NCBI GenBank assembly: GCA_030390025.1
Contig: CM059425.1
Span: forward strand, 174,966,001 to 175,030,000
Direction of reading: 5' to 3'
Source of the DNA: Squalus acanthias
Taxonomy: Eukaryota
DNA: 64,000 bases
Position numbers and translations under genes: made by a program. Of this stretch, positions 1 through 11,373 are shown one piece after another. Under the pieces are notes generated by a model that saw only the letters and a list, made by a program, of their open reading frames with translations, had not been told where the DNA came from and made no database searches. How positions within the stretch are numbered: the stretch's first letter is position 1; the number at the start of each line of letters is the position of its first letter.

Positions 1-37
1 CCTGTTTAAGGTTTATGTATGCATTATGTTGCTCTAG

Positions 38-133
38 TGCCATCTCCAGTGGAACACCAGATCTGTCCTGCAGTGTGTGTACTTATGAAGCTTTCATTTG
101 ATGAGGAACACAGGCATGCAATGAATGAATTAG
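38..133 (+). CDS. APC: APC internal coding exon (equivalent to classical human exon 10, 96 nt)
   Basis: ctctag acceptor and gtaag donor; reads PSPVEHQICPAVCVLMKLSFDEEHRHAMNEL(G), matching APC at the start of the armadillo region; phase 1 end joins the next exon. Confidence 0.97.
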
Positions 134-1361
134 GTAAGCTATGCCAATCTTGTCGACTAGATTAGAGAGCATACTTTCCATATTCTGTACTTTTTAATGT
201 ATTCAAAAATTGGTTGCATCAGAACAAATAACGTGTTCATTTAGTGGCCCTTGGCGGGAAAAATTACAATGTCTTAGAAATTGCATCCCACAGTTGGACT
301 CCAAATCAGAGTGCCATAGATTTAATTTCTAATTTTAATTTGGAATATTTGTGGCAGAGTGCTATATTGAAGGGGCGGGGGGGAGCGCGGTGAACAAGGG
401 ACTGGCAGAATTGAGTCCTGCTCCACAGAAATGCACCTTCAGTTAACTTAAGCAAATGACAGGAATCATGGTGAAAATTATGACCTCTGCCATCTGCACC
501 TCCAAGCTGTAGCTCAAGAAGGAATTGTCATTATGAAAGATAAGTAGGGGGAGTAGGCAAAACCTAAAAGAGTAACAAGGTATTGTGGTTTGTGACCTGC
601 TAGTGTTGGCTGTTGATGCTATAATAAAGTTGTAGCTTAGCTTGTTTTACTGCACATTTTTATCTTCAAAGAAAGTGACATTCAGTTTTTCATGTCAATT
701 ATCTGATTTACTTAATTTTTTTAAATCCACTGTTTCAAGATTGATGCTTGCTTAGGGTCATGACCTTGCCTACAGAACATTTTATGCTATTAAGCTACAC
801 TAGATAGCCCTGTAAGGAAACCTTCTAAAATTACTAATTAGGACCTCCTTTGCCCGATGCTAAAAGGGGAAAAAAATCAATAAGCTTTTAGATGTGTGAT
901 GTGAGAGCAATTCATTCCTAAGTGCACAACAGTCACAGAAGCCACTCGAGATTTGATCGTAGTCTCCACAATTTGGAATCTTGGTTCCTAGTCCCTCAGC
1001 ATACGTATGCATTTGATATAAGTATGTTGACTCCCGTCCATGTGCACATGCACACATCAAAGCTAAAACATGCATTAAACAGTAAAGTGAAATTCAAACT
1101 AGGATTCTTAGTATTCAAGAATACATACACATAAAAACAAGGGTAGGATAAAAAGAAGGGTAGGATAAGGACCATCAGGTCCATCTGTGAGATTCCTCTC
1201 TGACGCCCTAAGTCAATCAGCTAAATCTATCGAAGACTGCGGTTTCCATAAACCCTTACAATTGCAACCACATAACTTGCTTTCTTAAATTCAGAATGGC
1301 CCCCTGTCAAAAACCTGTCAAGTTCCTTTTTAAAGGACAGCGATGAATCCATACTCACCAT

Positions 1362-1814
1362 GGCCTGGATTTTGTGGTCAGCGACGAAGGAACAGCGCTT
1401 GCTGTTCACTACGCTTACAGCTGTCCAGAGTTTTCGAGGGTTTTTGAACAGCTACTTGTCATCGAGCATCTGATCCAGCGCGGCACCCTCTTCAGGGGAT
1501 CTGTGACGTATGTGAGCAGAGCAGAGCAAGCAACAGCGTGGCTCCAACCAATCAGATTGAAGAACCCTCACTGCAACATGCAGTCTAAACCAGGAAGTAT
1601 AAATTAGAATATTTAATTCATTGTACAATCATGTACAGAAAACAAAATTAAGTGAAGGAAAGAAAGATGGGATTGAGAGAGAGAGAGAGAAGAGACAGAA
1701 AGGAAAAGGTTAAAAAAAAAAAAATTTTTAATCAACAACAATTAAATTTTGAAGGAATGAGACTTGTAAAATTAAATTTTCAGTGTCAGAGAGGTTGTTT
1801 GGCAGTAATTAAGA
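1362..1814. mobile_element. Non-autonomous DNA transposon fragment (Harbinger-like MITE, one end only)
   Basis: Starts GGCCTGGATTTTGTGGTCAGCG, similar to GGCCCGTAATTTGCGGTCAGCG at 17820 and to the GGCC(T/C)AGAAATT termini elsewhere in the window; GC-rich arm followed by AT-rich interior; other end not seen. Confidence 0.45.
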
Positions 1815-4500
1815 CTGTACACCCAAGTCCAAGTCATTAATACATAGCAAGAAAAGCAGTGGTCCTAGTACCGACCCCTGGGGAACTGTATGCCTTCCTC
1901 CAGTTCCAAAAACAACCGTTCACCACTACTCTCTGTTTCCTGTCACTTAGCTAATTTCATATCCATGCTGCCACTGTCCCTTTTATTCCATGGGTTTCCA
2001 CTTTGCTGGCAAGCCTATTATGTGGCACTTTATCAAACGCCTTTTGGAAGTCTATGTACACCACATCAACTGCATTGCCCTCATCAACCCTCTCTGTTAC
2101 TTCATCAAAAAATTCAATCAAGTTAGTTAAACACGATTTGCCTTCAACAAATCCACACTTGTCGAACTAACTTAATTTTGTCCCAGATTATCGTTTCTAA
2201 AAGCTTCCCCACCACTGAGGTTAAGCTGACCTGTAGTTGCTGGGTTTATCCTTGCATCCTTTTTGAACAAGGGTGTAACATTTGCAATTTTCCAGTCCTC
2301 TGGCACCACCCCCATATCCAAGGAGGATTGGAAGATTATGGCCAGTACCTCCGCAATTTCCACTTTCAATTCTTTCAGCATCCTAGGATGCATCCCATCC
2401 GGTCTTGGTGACTTACCAACTTTTAAGTACAGCCAGCCTTTCCAGTACCTCCTCTATCAATTTTTATCCCATCCAATATCTCATCTACCATCTCTTTCAC
2501 TATGACTTTGGCAACATCATCTTCCTTGGTGAAGACAAATGCAAAGTACTCATTTAGTATCTCAGCCATGCCCTCTGCCTCCATGCGTAGGTCTCCTTTT
2601 TGGTCCCTAATCGGCCCCATCCCTCCTCTTACTGCCTGTTTACTATTTATATGCCTATAGAAGACTTTTGGATTCCCTTTTATGTTAGCTGCCAGTCTAT
2701 TCTCATACTTCCTCTCTGCTCCTCTTATTTCCTTTTTCACTTCCCCTCTGAACTTTCTGTATTCAGCCTGGTTCTCACTTGTATTCTCGACCTGACATCT
2801 GTCATACACCCCTTTTTTCTGCTTTATCTTACTCTCTACTCTCTATCTCTTTCGTCATCCAGGGAGCTCTGGCTTTGGTTGCCACACCTTTCCCCCTCGT
2901 GGGAATGTACCTCGACTGTTCCCGAACCATCTCCTCTTTAAAGGCAGCCCATTGTTCAATTACAGTTTTGCCTGTCAATCTTTGATTCCAATTTACCCGG
3001 GCCAGGTCCATTCTCAACCCACTGAAATTGGCCTTCCTCCAATTAAATATTTTGACTCTAGACTGCTCTTTGTCCTTTTCCATAGCTAACCTAATCCTTA
3101 TGATATTATGATCACTGTTCCCTAAATGTTCCCTGATTGAAACTTGATCCACCTGACCCACCTCATTCCCCAGAACCAGATCCTGCAATGCCTCCTTCCT
3201 CGTTGGGCCGGAAACATACTGATCAAGAGTGTTCTCCTGAACACACTTCAGAAATTCTTCCTCCTATGCCCTTTACACTATTACTATCCCAGTCTATATT
3301 AGGATAATTGAAGTCCCCCATTATCACTACTCTATAGTTCTTGCACCTCTCTGTAATTTCCCTGCTCCTCTCTATCCTTCCCACTCGTCGGTGGCCTATA
3401 GGATACACCTAGTAGTGTAATGGCACCTCTATTGTTTCTCAACTCTAACCAAATAGATTCTGTCCTTGACCCTCCAGGACATCCTCTCTCTCCAGCACTG
3501 TAATATTCTCCTTAATCAATACTACCACCCTACCTCCTTTCTTTCCTTCCCTATCTTTCCTGAACACCTTATATCCAGGAATATTTAGTACCCAATCCTG
3601 CCCTTTTTTGAGCCAGGTCTCCGTTATTGCCACAACATCATATTCCCACGTGGCTATTTGCGCCTGCAGCTCATAAACCTTATTTACCACGCATCATGCA
3701 TTTACATACATGCACTGTAAACCTATCTTAGACCTTCTTGTATTTTCTCTTAGTCTGACCCCACCTAATACCGTACAATCTCTTACTCTAATGCCATCAT
3801 ATCTCCCACTCTTTCGTGCACCATGTTTCTCCTTTCTAATGTTACATCCTGGTGCCCATCTCCCCTGCCAAATTAGTTTAAACCCTCCCCAACAGCACCA
3901 GCAAACTCCGCCCCCCCCGGCGAGGATATTGGTCCCGGCTCTGTTGAGGTGTGACCCGTCCAGCCGAAACAGGTCCCAACTCCCCCAGAACCAGTCCCAA
4001 TGTCCCAGGAATCGAAAGCCCTCCCTCCTGCACCATCTCTCCAGCCACGCATTTATCTGCTCTATCCTTCTATTTCTATACTCACTAGCTCATGGCACCG
4101 GGAGTAATCCGGAGATTGCTACCTTTGAGGTCCTGCTTTTTAGTCTCTTTCCTAGCTCCCTAAAATCTGCTTGCTGGATTTCATCCCTCTTTCTACCTAT
4201 GTCGTTGATACCGATATGGACCACAACCTCTGGCTGTTCACCCTCCCCCCTGCCATACCTCTATTTAATAGACTATTAACTAACTTAGCAGAAATAAACT
4301 TAAGACTTCAAAAAAACACTCACCAGCAGCTCCTTCCCTTGTGCTGACGTCACTTTAGGTTTTTTTACTCTGACGTCACTCTTTCAAATTCTGCCAGTGT
4401 TGAGTTGCTCCCAGCTCCGCTCTCGCTCAGGTCTCAGGCCTGTCGCCACGCTATTTATGCCGCTCCGCTCTCGTTAGCTCCCGCTCAGGTCCGCCACTTC
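1815..4500 (-). mobile_element. CR1-clade LINE, 3'-truncated and internally deleted
   Basis: Minus-strand ORF pieces: APE endonuclease (YDVVAITETWL, VIMGDFNYP, LGNSDHN), RT N-terminus (HPRMLKELK, VPEDWKIANVTPLFKK); esterase-like ORF1 remnant about 3920-4250; GC-rich 5'UTR about 4320-4500; many frameshifts. Confidence 0.9.
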
Positions 4501-5066
4501 TAGACAACAATGAAAGTCTCATAGTCATCAGACGGTCACTGATTCCTTTAGGAAGACTCTCAAGCTTAGATAGCATGTTAGATTTCATAGTAAGCCCAAT
4601 CCTAGATTCTCTAGATTCCTCTATGGAGCACTCTATCCAGAAGAAGGTGTATCCTGCACCAACCTCTTTCAGCTGACCACCTTCAACTAAACAGATTTTG
4701 CTGAGAACAGCAATGTTGCTATTATTCTGTATAGTTCCCTACCAATCAGTGCAATTCTTCCTTCAGGTATACTTATTGACTTAGTATCCTGGAGTTTTCT
4801 CATATTCCTAGCTGCTATATTTAGGTGTTCGCTTCTCCTATTTCAACCAATTATGTGGGATTCCTGTCAGATGTGGCAAACTGACCAGGAGTTAGTCAAG
4901 CAAGCATTGTTTAGGACACCTATTCTAGCCCCTTCCTCATGTATGGTTTGCAACTACACTTTGAAATCCGCACCTGCTACTTTGCCGCTAGCCCATCATC
5001 ACAGGACTTTGGGAAGTGGTGTGGTGTTGTACGCAAATTCCATAAACACATTTATGTATACACAAT

Positions 5067-5637
5067 AGCCGGATTTTACGCTGTTGTAAGAGCCCCACAA
5101 GTTCCGGGTTTCCGCATGCAATGTGCATGCGCGAAAACCCAGAACTTGCGATCTGTCAAGTTTCTCCTTGATGGATCGTACCCATCCGCTACAAATTTAC
5201 TTTCGCTGGCGCAGAGTTGGGCTGTTTGTCCAAGGAATACCCACCACAACCTTACGCCTGGTAAAAGCAGGCGTAAGGCCTTTTACCAACATAAGGGCTT
5301 AAATAAAAATTAAAATAAAATTTTTTAAATGATTTAAACATTCACTTACATTTAAAATTAGTTTAGGTTAATTTGTCCCGGTTAAAAATGTTTAAATTTA
5401 TTTTTCAAAAAATTACATTTTTATTTTAAATGTTTAATTAAATGGTATTCATAGGAATCCCCCTTTGTCATTAGTTAGCCTGACCTACTTGATCCCAGAG
5501 ACGCTTGCGAACTGCATGTGCCCCTGGGATGCGTGGGCCTTTACACAGGCCCAGGACCACAAGAGTCCGAAGCTCCGGAGGCAAAAGGTAAGTACAGAGT
5601 TTTCTTGCGGTTCGGAGGCATACGTGGGCGGCAGGCC
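5067..5637. mobile_element. Harbinger-like MITE
   Basis: AAT on both sides (5064-5066, 5638-5640); GC-rich arms around an AT-rich core; shares CTGTCAA, CTTACGCCT and AGGTRAGTAC motifs with the element at 37736-38490. Confidence 0.6.
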
Positions 5638-5807
5638 AATATTTTGTCATGAAAATGCAGTGGACAATCGGTTATCTATGACATTGTGGAGACTTGAAAC
5701 ATCTTTCCAGCACTGCAAGTTGTACGTTTGTTTGGTGTTGCAATGTACTTTTGGTGTAATTATGCACAAAATCTGCACAACAACAGCTGATGTGCTGCAA
5801 TCCAAGT

Positions 5808-6335
5808 TTTTTTTTAATTCATTCATGGGAAGTGGGCATCACTGGCAAAGCCAGCATTTATTGCCCATCCCTAATTGCCCTTGAGAAGGTGCTGGTGAGC
5901 TGCCTTCTTGAACCACTTTGGTCCGTGTGGTGAAGGTACTCCCATAGTGCTGTTAGGTAAGGAGTTCCAGGATTTTGATACAGTGACGATGAAGGAACGG
6001 CGATATATTTCCAAGTCAGGATGGTGTGTGACTTGGAAGTCAAGGTGTTCCCTAGCGCCTGCTGCCCTTGTCCTTCTAGATGGTAGAGGTCGTGAGTTTG
6101 GGAAGTGCTGTCGAAGAAGCCTTGGCAAGTTGCTGCAGTTCATCTTGTAGATGATGCACACTGCAGCCACGGTGCGCCGGTGGAGGGAGTGAATGTTTAA
6201 GGTGATGGATGGGGTGCCAATCAAGCGAGCCGCTTTGTCCTGGATGGTGTTGAGCTTCTTGAGTGTTGCTGGAGCTGCACTCATCCAGGACAAGTGGAGA
6301 GTATTCGATCACAATCCTTACTTGTGCCTTGTAGC
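5808..6335 (-). mobile_element. 3' fragment of the APE-RT LINE family seen at 8131-11373
   Basis: Peptide WMSAAPATLKKLNTIQDKAARLIG...HHLLKGN-like and 3' tail GGGCAATTAGGGATGGGCAATAAATGCTGG...CCCATGAATGAATT-A run shared with 8131-8650 and 36930-37230. Confidence 0.9.
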
Positions 6336-7204
6336 TGGTGGAAATAGTTCATTGGAGTACCCAAAGGAGAAGTTGCCCCAGATTGTAGCCTACAGAAAAC
6401 TGCCTTTGCACAAACAGCTGCTTGCAATAAATTAAACCAATATATCGATACCTCCACCACAGCAGGATGCCTTGAATTTCTGCTGTCACCTTGAATAATA
6501 CTGAATGATTTTGCAGGCAGTTACTGACAAAAATTACTAGGATATATATTTTGGTTGTACAATAAAGTTTCACAATGCATATGCTGACAAATTCTCCATT
6601 ATTTGCAGTGAGAAAATGTGCAACATTGTTGCTACTATTGTGGATATGAATGACTGACTGAAACTGCCAATTTATTTCCTGAGCTTGCCCATTATGTACC
6701 TACTATGTATCTAAAATGTAAAACCAGAGAAGCAATAATAAAACAACATGTTATATGGGGCACAAATAGTCATTGGACAAGCTTTTAGCAGGCTGAGATC
6801 ATACTAGAGATATATTTTGCGGCAAAATAGCAATGTTGCATTTTTGCTCATAATGACTGCTGGTTGTTGCATATAATGCAATGCAAGTGAAATGGAAGAA
6901 TTGCCTAGTTTTGCTAAGTGATAGAAAGAAACAACCTAAAGCGCACACAGCTGATGTAGAGGCACAGGCTAAGTGCAGCACAAATGTTGTGATGTGTTAT
7001 GGTACCTGAACACCTTTAAAGAGACCCAATAATGTTGGCACAGACTTGATCACCACCCTCCAAAAGCAACAAATTACAGTTTACAAATTCATAGCCTATT
7101 AAGAGTCTTGTGGACCTATATTTATTCTGTTCATTTCAATCAATAAGTGCAAGACAGTGACAAACAAAAGTGCTGCTGTGCGCCTGATCTATTTGTACGT
7201 CAAA

Positions 7205-7630
7205 CAACAACAACTTGCATTTATATAGCACCTTTAACGTAGTAAAACATCCCAAGGCGCTTCACAGGAGCGTTATCAAACAAAATTTGATGCTGAGTCA
7301 CATAAGGGGATATTAGGGCAGATGACCAAAAACTTGTCAAAGAGGTAGGTTTTAAGGAGCGTCTTAAAGGAGGAAAGAGAAGTAGAGGGGTTTTGGGAGG
7401 GAATTCCAGAGCTTAGTGCCTTGGCAGCTGAAGACACTGATGCCAATGGTGGAGCAGTTAAAATCAGTGATGCTCAAGAGGCCAGAATTGGAGGAGCGCA
7501 GATATTTCAGAGGGTAGCCGGGCTGGAGAAGATAATAAATAGGGAAGGGCGAGGCCGTGAAGGGATTTGAAATCAAGGATGTAAATTTTAAATCGAGGCG
7601 TTGCTTAACCGGGAGCCAATGCAGGTCAAT
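7205..7630 (-). mobile_element. L2-like LINE 3' end fragment
   Basis: Ends ...AAAGGTGCTATATAAATGCAAGTTGTTGTTG on minus; near-identical copy at 51122-51520; peptide LRSSNSGLL...AFS-like...KLWNSLPK typical of L2 ORF2 C-terminus. Confidence 0.75.
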
Positions 7631-8130
7631 ATTATTTTTGAAATTATTCCACTTAGATTCATATTCAATTCTTCATATAATAGCAACAAAGTTCTATCAT
7701 TTCAGTTCTAATACTCGTGTTTACTGCATATTTCCCATTTATATTATTGCAGCGCAGATCTGACAGTAATGTGCTTTCAGCAGTCAAGATCACACTCCCG
7801 TGTGCAATGTAAAAATTTAAGCACCATTGTCTTCTCCCCTATTCGTAGTACTAAGTGTACCCCAGAGCATGCATGTTACTCGACTTGTTGTGCCTCTTTT
7901 CCCCTTACTAAGTAGTTTCTTTCCTCCATTTGCTCCAGGCATATGCACTGATCTAAATGCCGTGCCTCAGTCCCCTTGCCAACAAAATTGGTACTTAGTG
8001 ATATGCATACTCATTTACAATGCTGGTTCCTCCCATTTTCCTACATTACAACAGTGACTGGACTTCAAAAGTACTTCAATGGTTGCAATGCAATTTGGGA
8101 CTTCCTGAGGCCGTGAAAGGTGCTATATAA

Positions 8131-11100
8131 TTTTATTTTTTTATTTGATTATGGGATGTGGGCATCGCTGGCAAGGCCAGCATTTATTGCCCATCCCTAA
8201 TTGCCTTTGGGGAGGTGGTGGTGAGCCGCCGCCTTGAACCGCTGCAGTCTGTGTGGTGATGGTACTCCCACAGTGCTGTGAGGTAGGGAGTTCCAGGATT
8301 TTGGCCCAGCGACGATGAAAGAACGGCGATATACTTCTAAGTCAGGATGGTGTGTGACTTGGAGGGGAACTTGGAGGTGGTGGAGTTCCCATGCACCTGT
8401 TGCCCATGTCCTTCTAGGTGGAAGAGGTCGTGAGTTTGGAAGGTGTTGCCGAAGAAGCCTTGGCGAGTTGCTGCAGTGCATCTTGTAGATGGTACACACT
8501 GCAGCCATGGTACGCCGGTGGTGGAGGGAGTGAATGTTTAAGGTGATGGATGGGGTGCCAATCAAGCGAGCTGCTTTGTCCTGGATGGTGTCAAGCTTCT
8601 TGAGTGTTGTTGGAGCTGCACTCATCCAGGCAAGTGGAGAGTATTCCATCACACTCCTTACTTGTGCCTTGTAGATGGTGGAAAGGCTTTGGAAAGTCAG
8701 GAGGTGAGACTCTCACCGCAGAATACCCAGCCTCTGACCTACTCTTGTTGCCAGAGTATTTATGTGGCTGGTCCAGTTAAGTTTATGGTCAATGGTGACC
8801 CCCAGGATGTTGATGGTGGGGGATTCGGCAATGGTAATTCCATTGAAAGTCAAGGGGCGGTGGTTAGACTCTCGTTTGTTGGAGATAGTCATTGCCTGGC
8901 ACTTCTGTGGCGCGAATGTTACCTGCCACTTATCAGCCCAAGCCTGAACGTCGTCCAGGTCTTGTTGCATGCGGGCATGGACTGCTTCATTATCTGAGGA
9001 GTTGTGAATGGCATTGAACACTGTGCAGTCATCAGCGAACATCCCCATTTATGATCTTATGTTGGAGGGAAGGTTATTGATGAAGCAGCTGAAGATGGTT
9101 GGGCCTAGGACACTGCCCTGAGGAACTCCTGCAGCGATGTCCTGGGGCTGTGATGATTGACCTTCACTCACCACAACCATCTTCCTTTGTGCTAGGTATG
9201 ACTCCAGCCAGTGGAGAGTTTTCCACCCCCCCCCCCCCAATTCCTAATGACTTCAGTTTTATTAGGGCTCCTTGATGCCACACTCGGTCAAATGCTGCCT
9301 TGATGTCAAGGGCAGTCACTCTCACTTCTCCTCTGGAATTCAGCTCCTTTGTCCATGTTTGGACTAAGGCTGTAATGAGGTCGGCAGCCGAGTGGTCTTG
9401 GCGGAATCCAAACTGTGCATCGGTGAGCAGGTTATTGGTGAGTAAGTGCCACTTGATAGCACTGTCGATGACACCTTCCATCACTTTGCTGATGATTGAG
9501 AGTAGACTGATGGGGCGGTAATTGGCCAGATTGGATTTGTCCTGCTTTTTGTGGACAGGACATACCTGGGCAGTTTTCCACATTGTCGGATAGATGCCAG
9601 TGTTGTAGCTGTACTGGAACAGCTTGGCTAGAGCCGCGGCTAGTTCTGGAGCACAAGTCTTCAGCATGATAGCCGGGATGTTGTCGGGGCCCATAGCCTT
9701 TGCTGTATCTAGTGCGCTCAGCCATTTCTTGATATCACGTGGAGTGAATCAAATTGGCTGAAGACTGGCTTCTGTGATGGTGGGGACCTCAGAAGGAGGC
9801 CGAGATGGATCATCCACTCGGCACTTCTGGCTGAAGATGGTTGCAAACGCTTCAGCCTTGTCTTTTGCACTCACGTGCTGGGCTCCACCATCATTGAGGA
9901 TGGGGATATTCACGGAGCCTCCTCCTCCCGTTAGTTGTTTAATGGTCCACCACCATTCATGACTGAATGTGGCAGGACTGCAGAGCTTTGATCTGATCCA
10001 TTGATTGTGGGATCGCTTAACCCTGTCTATAGCATGCTGCTTCTGCTTTTTAGCATGCATGTAGTCCTGTGTTGCAGCTTTCCTAGGTTGGCACCTCATT
10101 ATTAGGTACGCCTGGTGCTGCTCCTGGCATGCTATTCTACACTCCTTACTGAACCAGGGTTGGTCCCCTGGCTTGATGGTAATGGTAGAGTGAGGGATAT
10201 GCCGGGCCATGAAGTTACAAAGTGTGGTGGAAAACAATTCTGCTGCTGCTGATGGCCCACAGTGCCTCATGGTTGCCCAGTTTTGAGCTGCTAGATCTGT
10301 TCAGAACCTATCCCATTTAGCACGGTGGTAGTGCCACACAACACGATGGAGGGTGTCCTCAGTGTGAAGACGGGACTTCGTCTCCACAATGACTGTGCGG
10401 TGGTCACTGCTACCAATACTGTCATGGACAGATGCATCTGCGACAGGTAGATTGGTGAGGGCGAGGTCAAGTAGGTCAAGAGTTGGTTCTCTCAGCAGCT
10501 GTCGCAGACCCAGACTGGCAGTTATGTCCTTCAGGACTCGGCCAGCAGTGGTGCTACCGAGCCACTCTTGGTGATGGACATTGAAGTCCCACACCCAGAG
10601 TACATTCTGTGCCCTTGCTACTCTCAGTGCTTCTTCCAAGTGGTGTTCAACATGGCGGAGTACTGATTCATCAGCTGAGGGAGGACGGTAGGTGGTAATT
10701 AGCAGGAGGTTTCCTTACCCATGCTTGACCTGAAGCCATGAGCATTCCCAGGGCCACTCCTTCCCGACTGTATACCACTGTGCCGCCACCCCTGGTGGGT
10801 CTATCCTGCCGGTGGAACAGGACATACCATGGGATGATGATGGAGGAGTCTGGGACATTGGCTGAAAGGTATGATTCTGTGAGTATGACTATATCAGGCT
10901 GTTGCTTGACTAGTCTGTGGGACAGCTCTCCCAATTTTGGCACAAGTCCCCAGATATTGGTGAGGGTCAACTGGGCTGGGTGTGCCATTGCCGTGTCCGT
11001 AGCCAGTGCCGAGGTCGGTGCCGGGTGGTCCGTCCGGTTTCATTCTTATTGTTGGGTTTCGTAGCGGTTTGTTACAACTAAGTGTCTTGCTAGGCCATTT

Positions 11101-11373
11101 CAGAGGGCAGTTAAGAGTCAACCACATTGCTGTGGGTCTGGAATCACATATAGGCAGGTAAGGACAGCAGATTTCCTCCCCTAAAGGACATTAGTGAACC
11201 AGATGGGTTTTTACGACAATCCGATAGTTTCATGGTTACCATTACTGATACTAGCTTTTTATTCCAGATTTATTTAATTAACTGAATTTAAATTCCCCAG
11301 CTGCCGTGGTGGGATTTGAACTCATGTCTCTGGATCATTAGTCCAGTGACATTACCACTATGCTACCGTTCCC
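8131..11373 (-). mobile_element. Near full-length ORF2-only non-LTR retrotransposon (APE + RT, CR1/jockey-group-like) with tRNA-derived 5' head
   Basis: APE (LTNIWGL, PDIVILTESYL, DFNVHH, GSSDH), RT ([45 protein letters not shown]), C-terminal domain and A-rich tail; frameshifted; A box at 11355-11365 and B box at 11312-11323; no ORF1. Confidence 0.9.

Noticed and set aside
9226..9238. Poly-C run as a programmed frameshift site in the LINE RT
   Set aside because: More simply a homopolymer expansion or sequencing error; similar long C runs occur at 29638-29658 and 42607-42623.
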